A stretch of 64,000 nucleotides of DNA from an uncultured Candidatus Rokubacteria bacterium (GTDB lineage: Bacteria > Methylomirabilota > Methylomirabilia > Rokubacteriales > DASRDR01). Shown piece by piece: positions 18,288-27,620 of this stretch. The DNA lies in assembly GCA_963805625.1 (NCBI GenBank), contig CAWDVE010000010.1, positions 1,440,001-1,504,000 on the forward strand. Direction: 5' to 3'. The position numbers were made by a program, and so were the translations under genes. How positions within the stretch are numbered: position 1 is the first letter of the stretch; the number at the start of each line of letters is the position of its first letter. The notes under the pieces were generated by a model that worked only from the letters and a program-made list of their open reading frames with translations, made no database searches and had not been told where the DNA came from.

Positions 18288-18844
18288 GATCCACCCCCCA
18301 TCTGCGCAAAGAACGCCTGCGCCCGCCGCCCAATCTCGCGCGCCGAGAGGTTCTCCTTGTGGGTCGCGAGACCCCATTCGTGGCCGAACGGATCGGCGAC
18401 CTTGGCGTAGCGGTCTCCCCAGAACATGTCGGCAGCCGGCATCCGCACCTCGGCGCCGGCCGCCACGGCCCGCTGATAGGCCCGGTCGACGTCCCTGACG
18501 TAGATGTGCAGTGTGCCCGTGGTCCCGCCGAGAGTCTGCGGAGCGCGGCAGCCCATGTCCGGGAACTCGTCGGCCAGGAACACGATGGAGTTCCCGATCT
18601 GGAGCTCCGCGTGCATGATGGACTTGCCGTCCGGCCCGGGCATGCGCCCGCGCTCCCGGGCGCCGAAGGCACGCTTGTAGAAGTCGATCGCCTCGGCCGC
18701 GCCGCGCACGGTGAGATGGGGTGTCACTGTATGGTAGCCCCTGGGAATCGCCGACACCCTGGCCTCTCCGCGCCTCTTCTGCCGCTGTTTCGTGATGCCC
18801 CGCTTCGGTCGCGCCGGCCGCTTCCCCGTGGACGTCTTCTTCAT
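18284..18844 (-). CDS. VOC/glyoxalase family protein (PhnB-like)
   Basis: AIDFYKRAFGA..IMHAELQIG..DMFWGDRY..DPFGHEW; basic N-terminal extension. Confidence 0.92.
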   Translation of the reverse strand: MKKTSTGKRPARPKRGITKQRQKRRGEARVSAIPRGYHTVTPHLTVRGAAEAIDFYKRAFGARERGRMPGPDGKSIMHAELQIGNSIVFLADEFPDMGCRAPQTLGGTTGTLHIYVRDVDRAYQRAVAAGAEVRMPAADMFWGDRYAKVADPFGHEWGLATHKENLSAREIGRRAQAFFAQMGGGS

Positions 18845-18917
18845 GGAGTGTCCGTCCTTTCTCGACGGCCCGGCGGCCGCCTGTAACCGCTCGCCACTTC
18901 CACGGGACCTGCTCCGC

Positions 18918-20198
18918 TCAGCTTCGACCGGCGCGCCGGTCCACGACCCGGACCGCCTTCCCCACCGGCCGCGGGATCTCCCCGAGGGCCATCGGCCGGA
19001 TCTCCGGCGTGAGACTGAGCCGGTCGCTCAGTTCGCGCAAGAGCCGGGTTTCGGCGACCCGGTCGAAGGCCGGCCCTGCCTCGACGCACAGGACCAGATG
19101 GTCGCCGCGCTCGGCATCTCGGTCCAGCACGATCTGGTACTCGTGGTCCAGCCCCGGCTGGCGGAGAAGGATCTGCTCGACCTGACTCGGGTAGAAGTTG
19201 ATACCCTTGAAGATGACCATGTCGTCCGTGCGGCCGTGAAAGCGGTCGAGGCGGACGCCCGTGCGCCCGCACGCGCACCGCTCGCGCGATCGGACGCGCG
19301 TGACGTCGCGGGTCCGGTAGCGGACCAGGGGCAGACCCTGCCTCGTGAGGGTGGTCACCACCAGCTCGCCCCGGTCGCCATCCGGGAGGAGCCGGCCCGT
19401 TCCCGGATCGACGATCTCCGGCAGATAGTGGTCGTCCCAGACGTGGATCCCGTCCCGGGCCAGGCACTCGATGCCCATCCCCGGTCCGCCGGTCTCCGTC
19501 ATCCCGATGAGGTCGTGCGTTCGGACGCCCATCTCGGCCTCGATCCGGGCCCGTAGCTCGTCCGACCAGGGCTCCGACCCGAGGACGGCCACCCGGAGCT
19601 TCGTCGACCGGAAGTCGAATCCCTCCTGCCGCGCCACCTCGATCATGCGAAGCGGATACGTCGCGATCGCCGCGAGCGCGGTCGCCCGGAGGTCTCGCAG
19701 GAGCTGGAGCTGCAGGAGCGTCCGCCCCGCCCCCACCGGGATCACCATGGCCCCGAGCGCCTCGGCCCCGAAGTGGAAGCCGAAGCCGCCCGTGAACAGG
19801 CCGAAGGACGCCGTCACCAGCAGGATGTCCGCCGCGGTCAGGCCCGCCGCGACCAGCGAGCGCGCCATGATCTCCCGCCACTGGCCGATGTCGGCCTCCG
19901 TGTACGGGTTGACGATCGGCGCCCCGGTCGTGCCGGAGGACATCTGGACCCGGCGGACCGGCTCGTCCCCGTGACAGGCCATCCCGTACGGGTAGGCATC
20001 GCGGAGCTGCTCCTTCGTAAGGAGCGGCAGCCGCCGGAGGTCGTCGAGCGATGCGAGATCGGTGGCAGCGATCTCGCCCAAGTGACGGCGATAGGCCGGG
20101 TTGTGTGCCCCGATGCGGGCAACCGTCTCGCGGAGCCGTTCGAGCTGGATGGCCTGGAGGGCCTCTCGATCACGCGTCTCTTCGGCAGGCTGGAACAC
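18918..20198 (-). CDS. paaK: Phenylacetate-CoA ligase family protein
   Basis: SSGTTG, GLFTGGFG, GMTE, PLVRYRTRD, GRTDDM..KGINFYP. Confidence 0.88.
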   Translation of the reverse strand: MFQPAEETRDREALQAIQLERLRETVARIGAHNPAYRRHLGEIAATDLASLDDLRRLPLLTKEQLRDAYPYGMACHGDEPVRRVQMSSGTTGAPIVNPYTEADIGQWREIMARSLVAAGLTAADILLVTASFGLFTGGFGFHFGAEALGAMVIPVGAGRTLLQLQLLRDLRATALAAIATYPLRMIEVARQEGFDFRSTKLRVAVLGSEPWSDELRARIEAEMGVRTHDLIGMTETGGPGMGIECLARDGIHVWDDHYLPEIVDPGTGRLLPDGDRGELVVTTLTRQGLPLVRYRTRDVTRVRSRERCACGRTGVRLDRFHGRTDDMVIFKGINFYPSQVEQILLRQPGLDHEYQIVLDRDAERGDHLVLCVEAGPAFDRVAETRLLRELSDRLSLTPEIRPMALGEIPRPVGKAVRVVDRRAGRS

Positions 20199-20636
20199 GG
20201 GTAGGCGGTCCTGGATCAGCCGGACGCGCCCGGGACCTGGAACATCTGGACCGAGGCGACGGGCTCTTCAGTCGATCGCCGGCGAGGCGAGCTTCCTCCG
20301 CGGCGCGGTAGAACCCCCAGCACTCCGGGCGTGAGCCAGTGACCCAGGAACCGCATCACGGGCTCGACGGTGAGCGAGGTTCGTTCACTGGCGCTTCCTC
20401 CGCCTGATGGCCCCTGCTGGCGCCCTGGCAACATACGGCCCGCTGAACTCCCGGCCAGGAACGGCCTCCATTGTATGTCAGGACCCGGGGCGGGCGCCGA
20501 TTGGGCCCTCTTCCTGTGACCCTGCCGCCGGGGCCGGACCTCGACAGCGGCGGAATCCCGGCGCGGCCAGGACGCGTCCAATAGACGGCGTCAGAAGCCG
20601 GGCGGCTCGTCGTCCGGCCGACGCCGGGAGGATCAG

Positions 20637-20975
20637 ATGACGAACACGGCTTCCGACTCCGCCACGCTTCCACTGACGGAGCGCAACTTCTCAGAGATCG
20701 TGGCGGCGACGCCGCTTCTCCTGGTGGACTTCTGGGCCCCCTGGTGCGGTCCGTGCCGCGCGGTCGCCCCGGTGCTCGAGGAGTTCGCCCGCGCCGAGAC
20801 CGGCCGCGTGGTCGTGGCCAAGGTCAACGTGGACGAGGAGCCGACCCTGGCCCAGCGCTACGGCGTCCAGGCCATTCCGACGCTCCTCTTCTTCAAGGAC
20901 GGCCAGGTCGTCGACACCGTGGTCGGCGCGCCGCCGAAGGCCGAGCTGGCCCGCCGCCTCACCGCTCTCGCCTGA
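20637..20975 (+). CDS. trxA: Thioredoxin
   Basis: VDFWAPWCGPC, AIPT cis-Pro motif; GGAGG RBS. Confidence 0.95.
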   Translation: MTNTASDSATLPLTERNFSEIVAATPLLLVDFWAPWCGPCRAVAPVLEEFARAETGRVVVAKVNVDEEPTLAQRYGVQAIPTLLFFKDGQVVDTVVGAPPKAELARRLTALA

Positions 20976-21053
20976 CGAGAGCCCCGAGCCCGCGGGCTCC
21001 TGAGAGCCCGCGGTCGCTTCGGGTCGTGCTCAGCCGATCGTGTAGGTTTCCTG

Positions 21054-21611
21054 GTGAGCCGCACTCTGAACGTACGCTGGCAGGACTGGTCGGGCGAGGG
21101 GCTCGAGCATCTCTCCCTCCGGGACGCGCCGGACGGCATCAGCGCGGAGTCCGTGGTCCTCGGTCCTCCCGGCGTCGAGGTCTTCGCCGCCCGGTACCGG
21201 ATCCTCTGCGACGTCAGGTGGCGAGTCCGGCGCCTCGAGGTGAGCCTCGTCGGCCGGGACCGCGCGCTCGAGCTCTCGAGCGACGGTGCCGGTCGCTGGA
21301 CCGATCACTCGGGGGTGCCGCGCCCCGACCTCGCGGGGGCGATTGACGTCGACATTTCGGCGACGCCCTTCACGAACACACTGCCCGTCCGCCGCCTCGG
21401 GCTCGGGAGCGGGCAGTCGGAGACGATCCGGGTCGTCTACGTCCGCCTTCCCGATCTCACGGTCTCGATCGATCGCCAGCGCTACACGTGCCTTGAGTCC
21501 ATGCGGCGCTACCGGTACGAGTCCGTCGACTCGGACTTCACTCGTGAGATCGAGGTCGACGATGACGGGCTCGTCGTGACCTATCCCGGGCTCTTCCGCC
21601 GGACGCTCTGA
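21054..21611 (+). CDS. Putative glycolipid-binding domain protein
   Basis: GLEHL, DVDISATPFTNTLPVRRL, QRYT, VDDDGLVVTYPGLF. Confidence 0.85.
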   Translation: MSRTLNVRWQDWSGEGLEHLSLRDAPDGISAESVVLGPPGVEVFAARYRILCDVRWRVRRLEVSLVGRDRALELSSDGAGRWTDHSGVPRPDLAGAIDVDISATPFTNTLPVRRLGLGSGQSETIRVVYVRLPDLTVSIDRQRYTCLESMRRYRYESVDSDFTREIEVDDDGLVVTYPGLFRRTL

Positions 21612-21688
21612 CCGCCGCTCGAGCTCCCGGGCCACCGCCTTGCGGGCAACTCCGGCCACCCGTATCCTCGCGTCCGGAGGGAGCGCGC

Positions 21689-22954
21689 ATGAGAGTACTC
21701 GTCCTGGGGGCAGGCATCGCCGGAGTCACGGCCGCGTACTACCTGGCGAAGGACGGACATGAGGTCACGTTACTCGAGGAGCAGGACGGCGTCGGGCAGG
21801 AGGCGAGCGCCGGCAATGCGGGCATCATCGCGCCGGGCCATTCCTTCGCGTGGGCCTCCCCGAAGGCTCCGGGGATGCTCCTCCGCTCGCTCCTCGGCCA
21901 CGAGACCGCGATCCGAGTGCGTCCACGCCTGGACCCCGCCCTCATGGCGTGGGGTCTCCGGTTCCTCCGCGAGTGCACCGCGGCACGCGCGCAGCGGAAC
22001 ACGATCGTCAAGCTCCGCCTCTGCCAGTACAGCCAGGCCGTGATGACCGAGCTGGTGAGCGCCGAAGGGATCGAGTACCACGCCGTGAATCGCGGCGCGC
22101 TCTATCTCTTCCGGGACCCCCGGGAGCTGGAGGCCGGCGTCCGGAAGATGGCGCTCCTGGCCGAGCACGGGCAGCGCCAGGAAGTCCTGGACCCCGGGCA
22201 GGTCGCGCGGCTCGATCCCGCCTTCGAGCCGGTCCGGAGCAGGATCGCGGGCGCCGTACGCGACGTCGGCGACTCGAGCGGCGACTCGCGGCTGTTCACG
22301 GAGAGCCTGGCCCGGATCTGCCGCGACAAGCTGGGCGTGACCGTACGGCTCGGCGTGCGCGTCACCGCTCTCCGTGCGGAGGCGGACCGCGTCACGGCCG
22401 CCGTGACCAGCGCCGGCGTGTTCACGGCCGATGCCTACGTCCTCGCCCTCGGCGTCGGTGCGCCGCTTGTCGCACGCACGATCGGTGTCCGACTCGGGAT
22501 CTACCCCGCCAAGGGTTACTCCTCGACGTTCCCCGTCCGGACGGACGGTCTCGCGCCGACTGTCCCGGGCGTCGACGAGCAGTGGCTCGTGGGCTGGTCC
22601 CGACAGGGGGACCGCCTCCGGCTCACCTCCACGGCCGAGTTCGCCGGCTATGACCGGAGCCACACCCCGCGCGACTTCAACAACATCCTCCGACTCGCGC
22701 GGGATCTCTTCCCCACCGCTGCCGACTGGGAGCGGGGGCAGTTTCGCGCGTGCCTCAGGCCGATGACCCCGGACGGGCCACCGGTGCTGGGGCGAGGACG
22801 TCATCAGAACCTCTACTTCAATGCCGGCCACGGGCACATGGGCTGGACCATGGCGTTCGGCACGGCGCGGATCGTGACAGATCTGGTCGCCGGGCGAAGG
22901 CCCGATCACGATCCGGACGGACTCGGGCCTCGGGCGGTCGCCGGGGGGCTGTGA
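21689..22954 (+). CDS. dadA: D-amino acid dehydrogenase (FAD-dependent)
   Basis: GAGIAG, SAGNAG, PAKGYS, CLRPMTPDG, GHGHMGWT. Confidence 0.88.
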   Translation: MRVLVLGAGIAGVTAAYYLAKDGHEVTLLEEQDGVGQEASAGNAGIIAPGHSFAWASPKAPGMLLRSLLGHETAIRVRPRLDPALMAWGLRFLRECTAARAQRNTIVKLRLCQYSQAVMTELVSAEGIEYHAVNRGALYLFRDPRELEAGVRKMALLAEHGQRQEVLDPGQVARLDPAFEPVRSRIAGAVRDVGDSSGDSRLFTESLARICRDKLGVTVRLGVRVTALRAEADRVTAAVTSAGVFTADAYVLALGVGAPLVARTIGVRLGIYPAKGYSSTFPVRTDGLAPTVPGVDEQWLVGWSRQGDRLRLTSTAEFAGYDRSHTPRDFNNILRLARDLFPTAADWERGQFRACLRPMTPDGPPVLGRGRHQNLYFNAGHGHMGWTMAFGTARIVTDLVAGRRPDHDPDGLGPRAVAGGL

Positions 22955-23000
22955 GCCGTACCGGCGGCGCCGGATCCGGTTCGAATCGTGCCGGGTGTCG

Positions 23001-23292
23001 ATGAATCGGGGGACCGGCCTCGGCTTCGCCGGCGGCGTGGCGATCGCCGTTCTGGTCGCGCTCGCGCTCCGCCGGGCGCCTACAGAACAACGTCATGGCA
23101 GCCAGACGAGGTGGTGCTCGGCCCGCATGAGATCGCCATTCCTCGGGATTTCCCTCCCGGTCGGTACACCCTCCGGATCAGGCTCTGGGACCCACGAGGG
23201 ATCGAGCCCTGCGCCCGCGAGCCGAGGGGCACGGCACCCGGAGTCGCTGGCTCACCCTGACGGAGATCGAGGTCCAGCCCGTATCCCCGTGA
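23001..23292 (+). pseudogene. Internally deleted remnant of a membrane-protein gene (first TM joined to C-terminal beta domain)
   Basis: MNRGTGLGFAGGVAIAVLVALALRRAP, then other frames give YRTTSWQPDEVVLGPHEIAIPRDFPPGRYTLRIRLWD and LTLTEIEVQPVSP*. Confidence 0.55.
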
Positions 23293-23304
23293 GGGAACGT
23301 TGGC

Positions 23305-23332
23305 TTGACACGCAACATCTGATGAGTACTAT
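23305..23332 (+). promoter_or_regulatory. Sigma70-type promoter of the AlkB-family gene, probably leaderless
   Basis: TTGACA-16 nt-TACTAT, 6 nt before ATG 23339; no SD sequence. Confidence 0.65.
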
Positions 23333-23338
23333 ATCCCC

Positions 23339-23962
23339 ATGCAGGCGCTCACGGAACAAGTCAGCTTGTTCGGTTCCGGGGAACCTCGCCTGGACCCCCG
23401 TCTCCCCGGTCTCCGCCGCCTGGCACTCGGGGCGGGAGCCTGGGTGGATCACCTGCCCGGCTGGCTCGAGGGGCACGACGCGGTGTTCGACACGCTGCGC
23501 CGGACGACACGGTGGGAGCATCATCGGCGCCAGATGTACGAGCGGGTCGTCGACGTCCCGCGCCTGGTCGCGGAGCTACCGGAGGACGGTCCCGGACACC
23601 CCGTGGTCGCGCAGGCCGCCGAGGTACTGTCGCACCGCTACGGCCTCGCACTCGCCCGCATCTCTCTCGCGTATTACCGGGACGGCCGTGACAGCCTCGC
23701 CTGGCACGGCGACCGTCTCGGACGCCTGGTCGACGACACGGTGGTTGCGATCCTCTCCCTGGGAGAGCCGCGGCGGTTCCTGCTGCGCCCTGCCGCGGGA
23801 GGCGCGTCGCGCGCCTTCGAGCTTGGCTGGGGCGATCTCCTGGTCATGGGCGGCAGCTGCCAGCGGACGTGGCAGCACGCCGTCCCGAAGATGGCCCTCG
23901 CGGGGCCGCGGATGAGTGTCCAGTTCCGGCCGGACGTGGAGGAGGCGAAGGGCCGGTCCTAA
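23339..23962 (+). CDS. AlkB-family 2OG-Fe(II) dioxygenase
   Basis: YYRDGRDSLAWHGD, WQHAVPK, RMSVQFR (HxD..H..R..R). Confidence 0.92.
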   Translation: MQALTEQVSLFGSGEPRLDPRLPGLRRLALGAGAWVDHLPGWLEGHDAVFDTLRRTTRWEHHRRQMYERVVDVPRLVAELPEDGPGHPVVAQAAEVLSHRYGLALARISLAYYRDGRDSLAWHGDRLGRLVDDTVVAILSLGEPRRFLLRPAAGGASRAFELGWGDLLVMGGSCQRTWQHAVPKMALAGPRMSVQFRPDVEEAKGRS

Positions 23963-23998
23963 ACGGTCCGGGGTGAACGGCGCCCGGGTCCACGGTGG

Positions 23999-24328
23999 TC
24001 AGGCGCGGTCCACCAGTACGAACAGACAGCCCGTCTCCGAATACACGTCCTCATCGACCGTTCCGGCGCTGGCAACACTTGCCCAGCCAGGGCCCAGGTG
24101 ACGTCCAGCCTGGACGAGCTCGCCTTCCAGGATGAACAGGAACTCCGGGCCCTCGTGGGTGTGGGTCGGAAAACGCGCGCCTGGCTCGAAGCGAACGATC
24201 TGCATCTCCCATCCATCCGTGACGGCCACATCCTTCACGAGGACCCCGGCAGCCATCGTCGATGGCCGCCAGGCAAGATCGTCGGTTCGCACCGATCTGA
24301 AGCCGTCAGTCCCGAGCTCGCTCATCAT
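23999..24328 (-). CDS. Cupin domain protein (ChrR-like)
   Basis: PGARFPTHTHEGPEFLFILEG. Confidence 0.85.
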   Translation of the reverse strand: MMSELGTDGFRSVRTDDLAWRPSTMAAGVLVKDVAVTDGWEMQIVRFEPGARFPTHTHEGPEFLFILEGELVQAGRHLGPGWASVASAGTVDEDVYSETGCLFVLVDRA

Positions 24329-24393
24329 CCACTCCGTTCCGACCTACAGACGGGATTCGCCGGGCGTGAACATCGCGCCTGGTCCGGAACGGG

Positions 24394-25173
24394 TCACGCG
24401 CCCGTGAAGCGAGGCGGGCGCTTCGCGAGGAACGCGTCCATTCCTTCCCGCGCATCGGCCGTGCGGATCAGCTCCGACACGGCCTCCGCCTCGAGCGCGA
24501 GGCCCTCGTCGAGCGGCCGGCCGTACCCGCGATAGACGCAACGCTTCAGGAGGCCGATCGCGCTCGTGGGGCCGGCCGCCAGGCGCTCCGCGACATCGCG
24601 TGCGGTCTGCGGGAGGAGGCCTGCCGGCACGACCTCGTCGACGAGCCCGAGGGCGCGTGCCTCGTCCGCCGCGAGCCGGCGCCCTTCCATCATGAGCCGG
24701 AGCGCCCGCGCCGGTCCCACCAAGCGAGTCAGGCGTTGAGTGCCGCCGGCGCCCGGGAAGAAGCCGAGCCGGATCTCGGGGAACCCGATCTCCCCGCCTC
24801 GCGCCATCAGCCGGACGTCGCAGGCGAGCGCGAGCTCCGCCCCGCCGCCGAGCGCGTAGCCGTTGATGGCCGCGACCACCGGCTTCTCCATCGCCTCGAG
24901 GCCCGCCTGCACGTCCACCCATCGGCGTGCCCGGCGCTGGTTCTCCGGCGAGAGGTCCTGCAGCATGGCGATGTCGGCGCCGGCACAGAAACGCCGTTCC
25001 TGACCGGTGAGAATCACGGCCCGCACGGCGCGATCGGCGGCCAGCTCGGCGACGACCTCGAGGAACTCGTCGATCACCTCGAGGTCGACCGCGTTGACCG
25101 GCGGCCGATCGAGTGCGACGGTCGTGACGCCACCGGCCTGCGTGACGGAGAGGTGGCGAAGCGCGTCGGTCAT
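24394..25173 (-). CDS. Enoyl-CoA hydratase/isomerase
   Basis: FCAGADI, GGGAELALACD, PEIRLGFFPGAGGTQRL; both catalytic Glu present. Confidence 0.95.
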   Translation of the reverse strand: MTDALRHLSVTQAGGVTTVALDRPPVNAVDLEVIDEFLEVVAELAADRAVRAVILTGQERRFCAGADIAMLQDLSPENQRRARRWVDVQAGLEAMEKPVVAAINGYALGGGAELALACDVRLMARGGEIGFPEIRLGFFPGAGGTQRLTRLVGPARALRLMMEGRRLAADEARALGLVDEVVPAGLLPQTARDVAERLAAGPTSAIGLLKRCVYRGYGRPLDEGLALEAEAVSELIRTADAREGMDAFLAKRPPRFTGA

Positions 25174-25226
25174 CCTGGCTCCTCCTCACGCGTCCGGCCG
25201 CCTTGGGCCCGACAGGGGCCCACGCG

Positions 25227-25961
25227 TCAGACGCCCCAGCCTCCGCTCACGTGGATGTTCGCTCCGGTCACGTAGCCGGCGTCCTCGGACAGGAGGAAGC
25301 GCGCCGCGGCGACCACGTCGCCGACCTGCCCGAGGTGCCCCGCGGGAATGCGCTGGAGCAGGGCATCGAGGTCGGGACGCGGATAGCCCGGCGTCTCCAG
25401 GATCCCGGGAGAAACTGCATTCACGGTGACGCCGTGCGGGGCGAGGACCTTGGCCAGCGACCGCACCAGTATGAGCAGGCCGGCCTTCGCGATGTAGTAG
25501 GCGGTGACGTTGGGCTGGGCGGCGAGGCGGTCAGCCGTCGCGAGACCGAGCCCCAGGATCCGACCCCATCGCCGCGCTTGCATCCCTGGCGCCGCCGCCT
25601 GCGCGAGGAAGAGAAGCGGGTCGAGGTTCTGGCGGAAGGTCTCCCGCCACCGGTCCGGCGTCTCCTCGAGGAGCGGCCCCTCGTGGTACGGCCCGGCCCC
25701 GTGCACGAGGGCGTCCAGGCGCCCCCAGGCCTCCTCCACTCGCGCGACGAGCGCCCGCACCTCGGCAGCCTCGCCGAGATCCGCCTGCAGCGCGAGCGCC
25801 GGCACTCCCACGGCCTCGATGGCGGCTCGAGTTTCCTCCGCCGCGCGCGCGTCCGTCCGGAACGAGATGGCGACAGACCACCCCTGGCGGGCGAGATCGA
25901 GCGCGATGCCGCGGGCGATGCCGCGCGTCGCGCCCGTGACGAGCGCCACCCGCCCAGGCAT
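25227..25961 (-). CDS. Short-chain dehydrogenase/reductase
   Basis: TGATRGIA, YYIAK, VNAVSPG, VTGANIHVSGG. Confidence 0.92.
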   Translation of the reverse strand: MPGRVALVTGATRGIARGIALDLARQGWSVAISFRTDARAAEETRAAIEAVGVPALALQADLGEAAEVRALVARVEEAWGRLDALVHGAGPYHEGPLLEETPDRWRETFRQNLDPLLFLAQAAAPGMQARRWGRILGLGLATADRLAAQPNVTAYYIAKAGLLILVRSLAKVLAPHGVTVNAVSPGILETPGYPRPDLDALLQRIPAGHLGQVGDVVAAARFLLSEDAGYVTGANIHVSGGWGV

Positions 25962-26446
25962 CAGTTCAGGCGCCCGCGGAGCGTGTGGAGCGCCTTGCGG
26001 GCCTCGACATCAGCCGGAGCCGCGCGCACCGCGCCCTCGAACTCGCGAAGGGCGTCCCACCAGCGGCCCTGTCGGAGGTGGATCCGCCCAAGGTTCATGT
26101 AGGGAAACTGCCGCGGCTCGTAGCGTTTCGCGAGCTTGGCCTTCTCGAGCCAGGGGATCGCGTCGTCCAACCGATCGCGCTGCATCAGGTAGACGCCGAT
26201 GTCGTTGTAGGGGTTACCGAACTCCGGGTCGATCTCGATCGCCCGCATGCACTCGGCCGTCGCCTCGTCGATCTTCCCCTGGAAGCTGTACGTCCAGCCG
26301 AGGTACGTGTGCGCCTCGGCCGTCGGGTGGACCTCGATCGAGCGCCGGTAGGCCTCGATGGCCCGGTCGAGCTCGCCCGCCATCTGGAGGCGGCAGCCCT
26401 CCTGCCAGAGCTCGGCCGCTCGCCGGACCGCGTCCTCGTCGCTCAC
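25961..26446 (-). CDS. Tetratricopeptide repeat protein
   Basis: AEAHTYLGW, GNPYNDIG, PYMNLG TPR units; GAGG RBS before GTG 26446. Confidence 0.88.
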   Translation of the reverse strand: MSDEDAVRRAAELWQEGCRLQMAGELDRAIEAYRRSIEVHPTAEAHTYLGWTYSFQGKIDEATAECMRAIEIDPEFGNPYNDIGVYLMQRDRLDDAIPWLEKAKLAKRYEPRQFPYMNLGRIHLRQGRWWDALREFEGAVRAAPADVEARKALHTLRGRLN

Positions 26447-26481
26447 CAGCCTATCCTCACCATCCTGGGACGGATCGCGCA

Positions 26482-26601
26482 CGTTGGATCGGACGGACTC
26501 GATCCAACGGATCTCATCGTCTAACGAATCTCATCGGACGACCTTGATCGCACAGATTTGACTGGATCGATTGGACGGGGTTGATTGGACGGCCTTCGGC
26601 C
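26482..26601. repeat. Intergenic hairpins plus degenerate GAY-type short-period repeat
   Basis: Perfect 10-bp IR CGTTGGATCG/CGATCCAACG (26482-26509); ATCTCATCG x2; GATTGGACGG x2; GGCCTTCGGCC. Confidence 0.55.
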
Positions 26602-26648
26602 TGTGGCGGCCTGTGGGCGGCTCGGGCCGGACCGCGGCGGTTTGCGGT

Positions 26649-27620
26649 TCACGATGCGAAGTGGCAGGCGACACGGTGGGCGGTACCGAGAACACGCAGG
26701 ATCGGAGGCTCCACTCGGCAGCGGGACTCCGCGATCGGACAGCGTGGATGGAACCGGCACCCCGGCGGGATCGAGAGCGGGCTCGGCGGGTCGCCCGAGA
26801 GCACGGGCGGCCGCCAGATCACCGCCGGATCGGGCGGCGGCACCGACGCCCGGAGCACCCGCGTGTAGGGATGAAGCGGCCGCTCGAACAAGGCATCGGT
26901 CGGAGCCTCCTCGACGACCTGGCCCAGGTACATGACCGCCACCCGGTCCGCCACTTGCCGCACCACCGCGAGGTCATGGGAGATGAAGAGGTACGCGACG
27001 CGAAACTCGGTCTGGAGCTCGCGGAGGAGCGCGAGGACCCGGAGCTTTACCGTCACGTCGAGCCCTGACGTGATCTCGTCGGCGACGACCAGATCCGGGT
27101 GGAGCGCGAGGGCGCGCGCGATCGCGATGCGCTGACGCTGGCCGCCCGAGAACTCGTGGGGGTAGCGGCGAGCCGCGTCCGGCGGCAGCCCTACCCGCTG
27201 GAGGAGATCGGCGACCATGACGGCATGATCACCCGGGATCTGATGGACGGCGAGGGGCTGCCCGACGATCGCGCCCACCGGCCGCCGAGGGTTGAGCGAG
27301 GCGTAGGGGTTCTGGAAGACGATCTGCATTCGCCGGCGGAGCGGACGGAGCGCCGCTTGCGAGAGTCGCGTGATCTCCTGGCCGCCCAGGTGGATCTCGC
27401 CGCCGGTCGGATCGACCAGCCGGAGAATGGTCCGGCCGAGCGTCGTCTTCCCGGAGCCCGACTCCCCGACGAGCCCGAGGGTCTCCTGGCGCCCGAGCGC
27501 GAGGCTCACGCCGTCGACGGCGCGCAGCCACCGGGTCGGCCGGAGCCAGCCGCCGCGGCGGAAGTGCGTCCGGAGATCCCGAGTCTCGAGGAGTGGCGCG
27601 TCCTTCGTGTCGGCGCTCAC
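26649..27620 (-). CDS. Peptide/nickel ABC ATPase, DppF/OppF-like
   Basis: GESGSGKT, FSGGQRQR, HPYT, C-terminal GCRFHPRC..C..VACH. Confidence 0.95.
   Translation of the reverse strand: MSADTKDAPLLETRDLRTHFRRGGWLRPTRWLRAVDGVSLALGRQETLGLVGESGSGKTTLGRTILRLVDPTGGEIHLGGQEITRLSQAALRPLRRRMQIVFQNPYASLNPRRPVGAIVGQPLAVHQIPGDHAVMVADLLQRVGLPPDAARRYPHEFSGGQRQRIAIARALALHPDLVVADEITSGLDVTVKLRVLALLRELQTEFRVAYLFISHDLAVVRQVADRVAVMYLGQVVEEAPTDALFERPLHPYTRVLRASVPPPDPAVIWRPPVLSGDPPSPLSIPPGCRFHPRCPIAESRCRVEPPILRVLGTAHRVACHFAS

Noticed and set aside
20216-20480. Small gene or remnant upstream of paaK (TACAAT, GGAGG, GTG)
   Set aside because: The RBS-linked frame stops after 10 codons and the other frames match no family I recognise; possibly a decayed gene but unsupported.
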